DNA of 43,083 nucleotides from an uncultured Candidatus Sumerlaeota bacterium. GTDB lineage: Bacteria > CAYMEV01. The stretch is from the NCBI GenBank assembly GCA_964389675.1, contig CAYMEV010000008.1, positions 1 through 43,083 of the forward strand, read 5' to 3'. Below are positions 9,589-19,013 of this stretch, one piece after another. How positions within the stretch are numbered: the first letter of the stretch is position 1; every line of letters starts with the position of its first letter. The translations under genes were made by a program, and so were the position numbers. The notes beneath the pieces are model-generated. The model was not told the origin of the DNA. It was given only the letters and a program-made list of their open reading frames with translations, and made no database searches.

Positions 9589-11168
9589 TGAAAGCCAGAC
9601 ACCTGATCCTTTTAGTTCTGTTTTTGTGCTTAATAGCGGTACCAGCTACAGCTGATGAATTGCCTCAGCCGCCTGTACCCGACACGCAGGTAAGGCTTGA
9701 GCGCCCTGACATTGACGCGGCAATCCTTGCTGCAGCACTTACCATGCGCGGCATCAATCCCGGCGAACCTTCTGTGACCATTACACCCGCCGCCCGTGAT
9801 GCACTTCAGAGTGAAACATTCAATTACGACAGCTTCTCCCGGCCGAGATATACATTGATGCGGCTTGTTGAGAGCAAAAAAGTACCCGGCAAGGTCGAAG
9901 TAGGAGCAGCCCTTTCGTTTTTAGATGCCATGATGAGGCGCACAACCATATCGCTCCTGATGAGTTGCGAATGGGCCGATGAAGGTAAACGCATTATTAT
10001 AAGCCAGGCTTCCATACAGCAGATTGTCCCGGCACAGCCCAAGACGCTTCTCCTTATCATCCCTGCCAGACGCGTACCGAAAGACGTGCTTACTATAAAC
10101 AGCCATGCCTCGCTGCTGTCATGGTTAATAGATAACCGCGCAACCAGTGAGGAACTTATGAATGGCAGTGCCGATGAGTGCTACCTGTTTGCACTGGTTT
10201 ACGACCGGCTGGCACCCGGCGATAAGCTGTCAATGTGCGTCAGCAACAGCTCAACCGGCACCGGCTGTGACAGCGGTAATGCCGTGGATATAGACTGCTA
10301 CCAGGGATGGCATGTCGCCGTGATGCAGGGGCGGTTTGACTGGAAAGGAGACCAGCCCTTCTATATTAAAGTGATCTATACTCCCTCAGGAAGCAATGAA
10401 AAGCGTGTAATCCTGAGCCTTTCGTCCGGCCTGAAAGTTGTTGATGCCTATGGCAAACCCGCCAGCGTGCCTGTGCCTGTGATGCCCGGATCCGGCAAGA
10501 TACGCATTATTCTTGCTATAATCGGCATATTGGGCCTGCTGATCTGCCTGCTGGGCTACCGTATGAAACGGTTATTCTGGTTCATTGCAGGGATTGCATT
10601 CGGCAGTGCTGTCGCCTACCTTGTGCCTGCAAGGTTTGAACAGCCATGGCTTCTCCTTACTATTATTGGTACCGCAGCACTTATCGGGGCAGTAGTGATG
10701 GCCGCATTGCCCTGTATTGGGCGCTTGATATGGGGAGCAACGATAGGTGTGGCTGTCGGCACAATTCTGACAAAAATTCCCATTGACATTGTTGATCCGA
10801 TAATGATCTCAGCCTTTGGCATTTGTGCTCTTATCGCCCTTGGCCTTCCGCGGGCAAGCACGATTGTCATTAGTTCATTGATAGGCTCATTACTGTTTGC
10901 CATCTCTGCCGGTCATTTACTCGGATACTACAATATAGCTGCCTGGACTGCCGTATCGATCCGATCTCTGTACGAAACCGGCTCAAACAGCTCTCTGGCT
11001 GAATGGGTGAGTAATCTAAACGACAATATGCAGATATTAATTGTTTTTATGCTCTGGCTGTTTGCCATGGGTATTGTCATCCAGTCTTTCACCGGCGGCA
11101 GGCAAAAGAGAAAACCAGCCAGCAAAGTGCAGCAGGTGACAGATGACAACAATTCCGATGGCTTATAA
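9588..11168 (+). CDS. Membrane protein: exported N-terminal domain + DUF4203 (TMEM198-like) multi-TM domain
   Basis: Signal peptide (VPATA); C-terminal LICLLGYRMKRLFWFIAGIAFG followed by about 6 further hydrophobic helices. Confidence 0.7.
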   Translation: MKARHLILLVLFLCLIAVPATADELPQPPVPDTQVRLERPDIDAAILAAALTMRGINPGEPSVTITPAARDALQSETFNYDSFSRPRYTLMRLVESKKVPGKVEVGAALSFLDAMMRRTTISLLMSCEWADEGKRIIISQASIQQIVPAQPKTLLLIIPARRVPKDVLTINSHASLLSWLIDNRATSEELMNGSADECYLFALVYDRLAPGDKLSMCVSNSSTGTGCDSGNAVDIDCYQGWHVAVMQGRFDWKGDQPFYIKVIYTPSGSNEKRVILSLSSGLKVVDAYGKPASVPVPVMPGSGKIRIILAIIGILGLLICLLGYRMKRLFWFIAGIAFGSAVAYLVPARFEQPWLLLTIIGTAALIGAVVMAALPCIGRLIWGATIGVAVGTILTKIPIDIVDPIMISAFGICALIALGLPRASTIVISSLIGSLLFAISAGHLLGYYNIAAWTAVSIRSLYETGSNSSLAEWVSNLNDNMQILIVFMLWLFAMGIVIQSFTGGRQKRKPASKVQQVTDDNNSDGL

Positions 11169-11272
11169 GCATTTTGAGCAGGAAAAGATCCTGGAAATAA
11201 ATATCTCAGGCTTTATTTCTGTGTTCTCAAAAAATACCAATGATAATCTTATTCTTTATGAGGGTCATTATC

Positions 11273-11794
11273 ATGGAATCTAATGATAAAATGAACTGGA
11301 TCAATCCCAAAATAAAGATAGCCGACAGTCCTATTCATGGAAAGGGATTTTTTGCTGTGGCCGATATTGAAAAAGGAGAAAAAATTGTGATCTGGAAAAG
11401 TGGTTATACCGACAGATCAGGTGCAGAGGAAGCCGTAAAAAACGGCAGGGCATTTATGCAATGGGATGAAGATGTATATAGCGTTGATGATGGAAATGAT
11501 GATGAATCTTATTCTATTAATCATTCCTGTGACCCGAATGCCTGGATGTCGGATGCGTTCACTTTGATCGCAGCAAGAAGTATCAAAGCAGGGAATGAAA
11601 TAACTGCTGATTATGCTTTATGGGAGGCAGATGAGGAATATGTCTGCCCTTATAATTGCAACTGCAGGTCAGCCCTTTGCCGGGGCAGGATAACCGGAAA
11701 GGATTGGCGTAAACCTGAACTTCAGGAGCGCTACAAGGGACATTTTTCACCCTTGATCAATAAAAGGATCGCAAAGAAGGATCATCTTCTCTAA
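11273..11794 (+). CDS. SET-domain protein-lysine methyltransferase with post-SET Cys motif
   Basis: SPIHGKGFFA, INHSCDPN, EITADY, CNCRSALCRG; ATG 11273 preferred over 11240 (GAGGG upstream). Confidence 0.92.
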   Translation: MESNDKMNWINPKIKIADSPIHGKGFFAVADIEKGEKIVIWKSGYTDRSGAEEAVKNGRAFMQWDEDVYSVDDGNDDESYSINHSCDPNAWMSDAFTLIAARSIKAGNEITADYALWEADEEYVCPYNCNCRSALCRGRITGKDWRKPELQERYKGHFSPLINKRIAKKDHLL

Positions 11795-11807
11795 AAGCAA
11801 ACCGAAT

Positions 11808-11852
11808 CGACGCAAAAGGGACCGACGCAAAAGGGACGGTTCTTTAAGTGGT
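11808..11852. repeat. 15-bp tandem duplication CGACGCAAAAGGGAC x2, running into GGGACGGTTC (REP-like)
   Basis: Exact copies at 11808-11822 and 11823-11837. Confidence 0.7.
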
Positions 11853-12164
11853 CATTCGGAAGTTTTGGGCACAAAAGCACTTACTAACAGGATAAAATAT
11901 TATCAAAGGGTTAATTACAAACTCTGGGCAAATAAATAAATAGCGTGGCCAAAATTTTTGAATGCCAAGAAGAAGGAATGAGCGATGGGTATATGGGGAT
12001 TCAATCTTTGTCCCGGGTATTTGTAGATATAAATTTCAGGTATTACAGCTTGATTACAAGCAAGACTGTTACTATGGATGTAAAAAATAATGCTAATCTT
12101 GATATAACCTCCCCCTCCCCAAATGAATGGGAAATTTGGACATAAAAATTAATATTTTATAATA

Positions 12165-13280
12165 TCAGGTAGATCCTGCGCAGTTTGATACTTTTACCAT
12201 ATTACCGGTTCTGCATACAGAACAGAGCCTTATATTGCGCCCCAGTATACAGCATAAAACATCAATCCTGCTCAGATCAGCAAATCTTGAATGGTATATC
12301 CTGCTTGAAGTAAGCCTTCTGCATAAAGCAAGTTTAGTCTTTATATTTCTGTTTGATAATAAGCCATAACTTCTAATTTTTATAAAACCCCTGGGCAGTA
12401 CATGCATTAAAAAGCGCCGGATAAACTCAACGCCTTTCATCGTTACAGAGGAAAGTCCTTTTTCATTCTTTCTGACAGATATGGTAACAGTGTCACTATT
12501 TATGGATATTATCCTGTAATTGGATATGGCAATACGGTGTGTATATCTGCTTAAATAACCTACTAAAGCACTTTGATTAGAGAAGGTCTTTCCAGAATAT
12601 ACATACCATTTAAGGCTATAGCAAATATCAAGAATATTGCCTAATCCTCCAGGATCTAACCTTAACTGATTGTTATTGTAATACATTTTAAGCTTTGATA
12701 GAAAAAACCCTTGAAAAAGCTTAGATAATACTCTTACCGGAATAAAGAACTTCTTTGAAGATTGCAGCCAATTATTAGTCTTTGTTAATCCTCCGGCCAT
12801 TACCACACAATGTATATGGGGATGGAATCTTAGATCATTGCTCCAGGTATGTAATATAGAAAAGAATCCTATCTGTGCACCAAGATATCTCTCATTTGAT
12901 GATGCCTTCAAAAGTGTATGCCTTACTGATTCATACATTAGGCTGTACAATAATCTCCGGTTATTATATACAATCATTCTTAACTGTTCAGGTATAGTAA
13001 ATACAAGATGGAAGTATGGAGTATCTATTGTGTTTTCACGCCTTTTATCAGCCCATATCTCTTTCTCTATTGCCTGACAGCATGGACAATGCCTGTTACG
13101 GCATGAATTATAATGAATATCTGTATGCCCGCATTCATCGCACCTGTAAGAGTTAAAACCCAGGGATGATGTCCTGCACTTTAAGATACTGCCTGCAACC
13201 TTTTTTTGTTCTCCGGATACATTGTATTCCTGTTTATACCGGTCATAAAACTGATGGAAAATCTTCTGAATAGCTTTCAT
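12165..13280 (-). CDS. IS91-family transposase (zinc-binding domain + Y2 HUH)
   Basis: CRT..LG...Y.CDEC...YNSCRNRHCPCCQ; FHLVFTIP; LHTW..L.FHPHIHCVVMAGG (HUH); YLSRYTHRIAISN (YxxxY); EFIRRFLMHVLP.GF.KIR.YG. Confidence 0.95.
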   Translation of the reverse strand: MKAIQKIFHQFYDRYKQEYNVSGEQKKVAGSILKCRTSSLGFNSYRCDECGHTDIHYNSCRNRHCPCCQAIEKEIWADKRRENTIDTPYFHLVFTIPEQLRMIVYNNRRLLYSLMYESVRHTLLKASSNERYLGAQIGFFSILHTWSNDLRFHPHIHCVVMAGGLTKTNNWLQSSKKFFIPVRVLSKLFQGFFLSKLKMYYNNNQLRLDPGGLGNILDICYSLKWYVYSGKTFSNQSALVGYLSRYTHRIAISNYRIISINSDTVTISVRKNEKGLSSVTMKGVEFIRRFLMHVLPRGFIKIRSYGLLSNRNIKTKLALCRRLTSSRIYHSRFADLSRIDVLCCILGRNIRLCSVCRTGNMVKVSNCAGST

Positions 13281-13282
13281 TT

Positions 13283-14146
13283 TTAAGCCTTGTCCAGGGG
13301 ACTGACAACATTCATCATGCTCTTTGATGTCATATGAAGGTATTCAGCAGTTGTATTCAAACTCTTATGACCCAACAACTGCTGAATATATGCTATACCT
13401 GTGCCATCTTCCAGTGAATGGGTAGCAAATGCATGCCGAAGGGTATGGGCAGATATTCCCGGATCAAGATGCAGTTTATCCCTTAATTTGATTATAAGAT
13501 TCTTTATGGACTTCGTGTTTATGTGGCTTTCCATTTTATGACCGGGAAATAACCAGTCATCCATGGAATAACTTCCGTATTTGCGAAGAAAATAGCTCCG
13601 GAAATACTCTCTTAAGATATTTAAGGTATTCTCTGATAATATGGAATATCTGGATGTACCGTGTTTTGCTGACTCAACTCTTATACTCATTCTCCTGCTG
13701 TTAATATCTTTAATCTTTAGTTTTGCTGCCTCACCTACTCGAAGCCCGCTGCCGTAGAGAATGCTCAGAATTGACTTGTGTTTTAGATTTGATGCTGAAG
13801 ATATCAGCCTGAGGATATCCTCTCTCAATGGTATAACAGGAAGTTTCTTAACCCTTTTCATCCTTGGGATCTTTCTGTTATTCCATTCTTTATCAAGAGT
13901 ATGTGTATAAAAGAATTTTACGGCAGTTATATAATTATTTACAGTCCCGGAACCAACATGCTTTTCTCTTATCAGATAGAGAATAAACTGCTGAATATCT
14001 GATTCCGATAAATCATCTATTGTCTTGTTGCTTTCTTCAATGAATTTAATAAACCGGGCTATTCTCCTTTTATACGATTCTCTTGAAGATTCTGGCTTTC
14101 CGCTGAGTTCAAAGTAAATATCAATATCATCTATGTAATTTTTCAA
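13283..14146 (-). CDS. Tyrosine recombinase / site-specific integrase
   Basis: YGSGLRVGE (R), AKHG (K), HTLRHAFATH (HxxR), LLGHKSLNTTAEYLH (H, Y); TTG start with AAGGAGG. Confidence 0.95.
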   Translation of the reverse strand: MKNYIDDIDIYFELSGKPESSRESYKRRIARFIKFIEESNKTIDDLSESDIQQFILYLIREKHVGSGTVNNYITAVKFFYTHTLDKEWNNRKIPRMKRVKKLPVIPLREDILRLISSASNLKHKSILSILYGSGLRVGEAAKLKIKDINSRRMSIRVESAKHGTSRYSILSENTLNILREYFRSYFLRKYGSYSMDDWLFPGHKMESHINTKSIKNLIIKLRDKLHLDPGISAHTLRHAFATHSLEDGTGIAYIQQLLGHKSLNTTAEYLHMTSKSMMNVVSPLDKA

Positions 14147-14154
14147 AAATGAAT

Positions 14155-14347
14155 CCTCCTTTGTTAATTGTATAATGTTAAATTAGGGTAAAGTAACAGA
14201 ATAACAGGAGGTTCCCTGGGGGGTTTAATTTTTTTGTGGCAATTTATGCAGATCTGTAATATATTAAACATAGTAAAGGGTGTGTTCCTTGTAGTGTTTT
14301 CTTAGAAAACGGGTCAAACTACATATAGCACACTCTTTACTGTTTTT
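14155..14347 (+). ncRNA. Putative structured RNA / regulatory leader of the element (two nested hairpins)
   Basis: Hairpin 1: CCTCCTTTGTTA (14155-14166) / TAACAGGAGG (14202-14211). Hairpin 2: AGTAAAGGGTGTGT (14272-14285) / GCACACTCTTTACT (14328-14341) with inner stems; TATAAT at 14171-14176; T-run after hairpin 2. Confidence 0.45.
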
Positions 14348-14485
14348 AAAAGCTTTTTTATATCCCTTAGCAGGAAGTTTTATCTCAAACTATCGCAAAG
14401 CGATTTCGTTCTTCTTTTTGCTTCATTTGCATCATATTGAAAATTTTCAATTTGATTTTTATCTCTTCTTTTGTATTATTGAATC

Positions 14486-17400
14486 ATGTTCATAAAAAAC
14501 AGATACAGAATAATGGAAGAGATAGGCAGGGGCGGTATGGGGATAGTCTATCGGGTTGAGGACACTCTGAAGGATAATATGGTATTTGCATTAAAGACCA
14601 TAGCACAGAATGTCATTCAAAAATACCGCACATTAAGCCTTGATCATTTCAAGAATGAATACGAGATAATGACAAGGCTCAAGCACCCCAATTTGACAAG
14701 GGTATATGAATTCGGAGAAGATGGCGATAACTATTATATAATAATGGAATATCTTGAGGGCTATTTGCTTGCCCATAAGCATTTTGAACAGGAAAAGGCC
14801 CTGGATATAATAGTTCAGATCCTTAGAGTACTTGAATATATACACAGCAAGCATATAGTATACGGCGATATTAAACCCTTAAACATTATGCTTACAGGCA
14901 ATAAGGTAAAACTGATGGACTTTGGCCTTTCAACCCTTGCTTATAAGAAGGAAGAGAGGATAAAGGGCTCTCCCCTGTATATGCCCCCGGAAGCATTATC
15001 AGGTGGTACAGGCTTTGCTTCAGATATTTTCTCACTTGGCATACTGTTTTATGAGCTTTGCACACAGGATTCTTTCTACGGGGATTTCAGGGGTTCTGTA
15101 AGAGATCTGGTACAGCTTCTCAGCTCCCCTGAGGATTTCTCCGGCTACCATAAAAATATACTGAAAAGAATAAAGAATATACACCTAAGAAATATCATAA
15201 AAAAAATGACCCAATACGATCAGGCAGTAAGATATAATAACTGTTCAGAAATAATCCATGATATCAATTCAAAATTAAGCCTCAGCTATGAATATGAAAC
15301 AAAAAGCACCAGACAGAGCTATGTGCTCGGCAATGCTTTTACCGACAGAAGCAAGGAGCTGAAAAAGCTGAAAAGCAGCATCAATGAAAAAGAGGCCTTT
15401 TTTATAATTTACAGCGGATCCTCTGGTGTGGGCAAATCTCGCCTCTTTAACGAGTTTAAGAAATTCTGCCGGTTGAACAGCATTTCCTTTTTTGATGCAG
15501 CATGCATGGAGGGGGATATAAGAAAATACCATTCCTTCAGCGACCTGCTTTATCAGATGATCCCATTATCTCCCAAATCCCTGCTGGCAGAATATGGAAA
15601 ATACCTGAAGCTTCTTCAGTATGACAATCCGGCACTGAGTAAGTATACTCCGCCTGATATAAGGGATAATCCCGGCCTTCTGCAGGATATAATTGTCCAG
15701 AATATCTCAAGTTTCATCTTTGAGTTTTCAAAGAATATCAATGATAAGCTTCTCCTTTATTTTAATGATATACAGTGGATAGATTACGGTTCCCTGCTTA
15801 TTATAAAGAACATGATGTCCGGGCTGCTGTCTGAATCATCTGATCTTATGCTCTATGCCAGTCATAACAAGGATAAAGATACCGGCACAAGCCAGCTGCA
15901 TGACATTTTCGGCAAACCGGGAATTTTGGTGGAAGAGCTGTATCCCTTTGACCTGGATGGGGTAAAGGAGTACATGGATAATGTATTCGGAGCTGATAAT
16001 ATAGACTCAAGCATAAAGGAAGCAGCAGGCCAGATAAAGACAAAGGTAGGAAGCAGTCCACTTTTTCTCCAGGAATTGATAAAATCTCTTTTAGAGAAGG
16101 ACATCATAATAAAAGACAGGAGATACTGGAAGCTTACAAAACCAATAGAAAATGAGCATATACCAAAAAATATCGTGGACATTATTCAGTATAAGCTTGA
16201 TATTCTCTTCGGGGATGAGAATAAGAGAAAAATCCTGAAAATACTTGCTCTATTTAAGATAGACCTCAATATCAGCACAATTAAGTCAATCATAAACAAG
16301 ATCACGCCCCTTGATGCAGCAAAGGTGCTTTTGGAGCTTGAGAACCTTGAGATAATAGAGACTGCAAAAATTGACAATACTGTATTTTACAGATATACCA
16401 ACAGCCTTATCAAGGACCGGATAAGGGAAAGAATAGAAAATAAGCCCGAGATCAGCCTCTTTCTTGCAGAGACTCTTGAAGCAATCTATGAGGGAGAAAG
16501 CATGGACCTTACTGAAGAGATAGCATACCAGTACCAGCAGGGACAGGACATCAAAAAAGCGGTCCAGTATTATGAAAAGTGCGGCGATAATGCAAAAGAA
16601 AACTATTTTAACGAAAAAGCAATAATGTACTATCGAACAGCAGTAGGCCTCATTGCTGACGGGCCTGGGCAAAAGCTCATAAACATAAAGCTGAAGATTG
16701 CCAGCATGCTGAACCTAATTGGCAAGTCTAATGATTCTTTAAACCTGTATAAAGAAACATTGCAATTATCAGAAAGCATTTCTGACATTGAGCTTATAAC
16801 CTACAGCCTTCTGGGAATTGCAAAACTGCATATCAATCTGGGAAATACTATCAAAGCAGAATCATTTTCTCAAAAAGCGCTAAGTTTTGCCAGGAGATCC
16901 GGAAATAATAATCAGGCTGCCAGGGCACTGGGTTATTTTGCAGTGATTTTTACTGATACTGGAAATTATAAAGAAGCTATAAAATACTGCAATAAAAGCC
17001 TGAGAATATATAAAAAAATTGATGACAAGACAGGTATCGGATATTGCTACAATACTCTGGGCAACCTTTACTGGAGTACCTGCAATTATCAGAAATCAAT
17101 GGAATATTACCAGAAAGACCTTCAGATATCCAAAGAGACCGGCAACAAATACAGCATGGGATCTGTCTATTGCAATATTGGAAATAATTACTGGGATCTG
17201 GGAGAATATGAAAAGACACTGGGTTATTACGAAAAAGCTCTGGAAATCTGTGAGGAACTTGGAGATAAACGCGGTATTGCCATAAATAAGGGCAATATTG
17301 GCGTTTTTTATTATTACACCGGGGACTATGACAAATCCATGGATTATTATGAAAATAGCCTTAAGCTCTATAATGAGGTCAGCAGTTCAAAGGGAACCAT

Positions 17401-17869
17401 ATTTTCCTATGGAAATATAGGCCTTATTTATCAGCAGCGGAAGGATTATGATACTGCGCTGAAATACCTGGACAGATCCATAGAAATATCCCGCCAGCTT
17501 GATTATCCCTACGGACTTTGCGAGCAGATGCATAATAAGGCAAATCTCCTGTATGAAATAAATAAGGCAAAACAGGCAAAAAAGATAAATGAAGAAGCCC
17601 TCAAAATAGCAGTAGATATCCAGAGGACGGTCATAATCATCAAATGCAAAATACTAAAATACAGGATAAACAAAAATGAGAATGCTTTTATCAAAATGCT
17701 AGATGAGAAGGTCAATGAGGAGCAGGCTGCAAGGATCTATTATAACCTTTGGAAGGTCACGTCAAAGGATATATACAGAAAAAAAGCAAAAGAGATCTAT
17801 GACAGAATGCTCAAGAGATTCCAAAAGATCGAATACAAGCAGAGATCTGAAGAACTAGTAAAGGGATGA
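14486..17869 (+). CDS. Ser/Thr protein kinase - STAND-type (AAA_16) ATPase - TPR protein, paralog 1
   Basis: GRGGMGIVY, ALK, YGDIKPLN, DFG, YMPPE; Walker A GSSGVGKS; Walker B LYFNDIQWID; GSSPLFLQE; C-terminal TPR array. Confidence 0.92.
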   Translation: MFIKNRYRIMEEIGRGGMGIVYRVEDTLKDNMVFALKTIAQNVIQKYRTLSLDHFKNEYEIMTRLKHPNLTRVYEFGEDGDNYYIIMEYLEGYLLAHKHFEQEKALDIIVQILRVLEYIHSKHIVYGDIKPLNIMLTGNKVKLMDFGLSTLAYKKEERIKGSPLYMPPEALSGGTGFASDIFSLGILFYELCTQDSFYGDFRGSVRDLVQLLSSPEDFSGYHKNILKRIKNIHLRNIIKKMTQYDQAVRYNNCSEIIHDINSKLSLSYEYETKSTRQSYVLGNAFTDRSKELKKLKSSINEKEAFFIIYSGSSGVGKSRLFNEFKKFCRLNSISFFDAACMEGDIRKYHSFSDLLYQMIPLSPKSLLAEYGKYLKLLQYDNPALSKYTPPDIRDNPGLLQDIIVQNISSFIFEFSKNINDKLLLYFNDIQWIDYGSLLIIKNMMSGLLSESSDLMLYASHNKDKDTGTSQLHDIFGKPGILVEELYPFDLDGVKEYMDNVFGADNIDSSIKEAAGQIKTKVGSSPLFLQELIKSLLEKDIIIKDRRYWKLTKPIENEHIPKNIVDIIQYKLDILFGDENKRKILKILALFKIDLNISTIKSIINKITPLDAAKVLLELENLEIIETAKIDNTVFYRYTNSLIKDRIRERIENKPEISLFLAETLEAIYEGESMDLTEEIAYQYQQGQDIKKAVQYYEKCGDNAKENYFNEKAIMYYRTAVGLIADGPGQKLINIKLKIASMLNLIGKSNDSLNLYKETLQLSESISDIELITYSLLGIAKLHINLGNTIKAESFSQKALSFARRSGNNNQAARALGYFAVIFTDTGNYKEAIKYCNKSLRIYKKIDDKTGIGYCYNTLGNLYWSTCNYQKSMEYYQKDLQISKETGNKYSMGSVYCNIGNNYWDLGEYEKTLGYYEKALEICEELGDKRGIAINKGNIGVFYYYTGDYDKSMDYYENSLKLYNEVSSSKGTIFSYGNIGLIYQQRKDYDTALKYLDRSIEISRQLDYPYGLCEQMHNKANLLYEINKAKQAKKINEEALKIAVDIQRTVIIIKCKILKYRINKNENAFIKMLDEKVNEEQAARIYYNLWKVTSKDIYRKKAKEIYDRMLKRFQKIEYKQRSEELVKG

Positions 17870-17964
17870 TTTATTCTTTAATGAAAAGCAGATTAATGGA
17901 CATTATAAGAGATGCAAATCATTGCAATAAACACCAGTCCCCTTCATCCGGCTGAGGATGATTA

Positions 17965-18954
17965 ATGCCGAAAGAATACACACACTGGGCAATAGCAGGC
18001 AAGGCACTAAAGCGCCTTGGGAAAAATGATCCTTCAGGCACTGTATATAATATTATAAAAGACTCCCTTTCACTATATATGCTTGGAGCTGTTGTTTTTG
18101 ACACACCTTTCTATTATCTGGGGAGACATTCCGGGGATTTTGAGGGTATAAACAGGAGGCTTCATGCTCCTGACTGTCAGAACCCTGCAGCCCCTATTAA
18201 AGACCTTTTTCTCTATATGCTCAGCCATAATGACAAAGCAAAGCTTCTCCCCTTTCTTTTGGGGGCAGTTACACATATTTATACCGATGCAGTATTTCAT
18301 CCGTTTATCTTCTATCATACAGGAAACTGCCTTTCCGACGATCAGGCATTAAAAAGGCCGGCTACAATATACCACCGCTCCTTTGAAGGTTACCTTGATC
18401 TTTATTATCTTTCCATGCCTGATTCACTAAAGGGCCTGACTATAAAAAAACTCAGAAAAACTATCAGAATAAGGAAAAGCGAACTGTCATCCCTTCTCGG
18501 GATACTGTATTTCAATGACTGCAGTATCCTTAAAAAGCAGATAAATAATGCCCTTAACATACATACCTGGTCACAGATTCTTTTTCAGAAAAGGCAGGCA
18601 TATTTTTTAATGAAGCTTTCATCAGGCTTGCTGGGAAGATTGACCAGGATGGATATCGAGTCATATCTTTCATTATTCTATCAGCCACTGAACGATTATC
18701 ATATATCATTCTTCTCTGAAAGGATCAGCTATGTCCACCCGGTAAAAGGGACAGAGCATTGCGACCTTCTGGCTGAACTTGAAAATACGGCACTAATGAA
18801 TATTATCAGGATATTTACGCTGATAGAAGAGATATACAGCGGCAAAAAGAGCACAGTTGATCTGGATATGGAGAAAATACCCTCGCCTGAGACAGGGCTG
18901 TTCAATATTTCCTATAGGGATATGGCGCATTTCAGCAAAAAATACTGCTTTTAA
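17965..18954 (+). CDS. Zinc-dependent phospholipase C family protein
   Basis: MP..YTH N-terminus, LGAVVFD..Y, LH, GAVTHIYTDAVFHPFI, H...E..LD. Confidence 0.8.
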   Translation: MPKEYTHWAIAGKALKRLGKNDPSGTVYNIIKDSLSLYMLGAVVFDTPFYYLGRHSGDFEGINRRLHAPDCQNPAAPIKDLFLYMLSHNDKAKLLPFLLGAVTHIYTDAVFHPFIFYHTGNCLSDDQALKRPATIYHRSFEGYLDLYYLSMPDSLKGLTIKKLRKTIRIRKSELSSLLGILYFNDCSILKKQINNALNIHTWSQILFQKRQAYFLMKLSSGLLGRLTRMDIESYLSLFYQPLNDYHISFFSERISYVHPVKGTEHCDLLAELENTALMNIIRIFTLIEEIYSGKKSTVDLDMEKIPSPETGLFNISYRDMAHFSKKYCF

Positions 18955-19013
18955 TTTTTTGATTGCAAAAGGACTGGAAAAAAGGATAATCAAAAAAAAT
19001 TATGGAGCCGAAA

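Larger units (their letters stand above)
11987..14411 (-). mobile_element. IS91-family element with upstream tyrosine recombinase (two-ORF subgroup)
   Basis: Integrase + Y2 transposase 2 bp apart; oriIS-like GATTGAATCCCCATATACCC downstream of tnp (minus strand 12006-11987); terIS-like hairpin ATCGC-AAA-GCGAT plus GTTC at 14392-14411; ends approximate. Confidence 0.75.

Noticed and set aside
11945-12145. 66-aa ORF next to the transposase
   Set aside because: Spans the oriIS-like end of the element; no SD and no recognisable motif.
13283-14146. Integron integrase with cassette array
   Set aside because: At 287 aa it lacks the IntI-specific insertion, it is coupled to an IS91 transposase, and no convincing attC sites were seen nearby.
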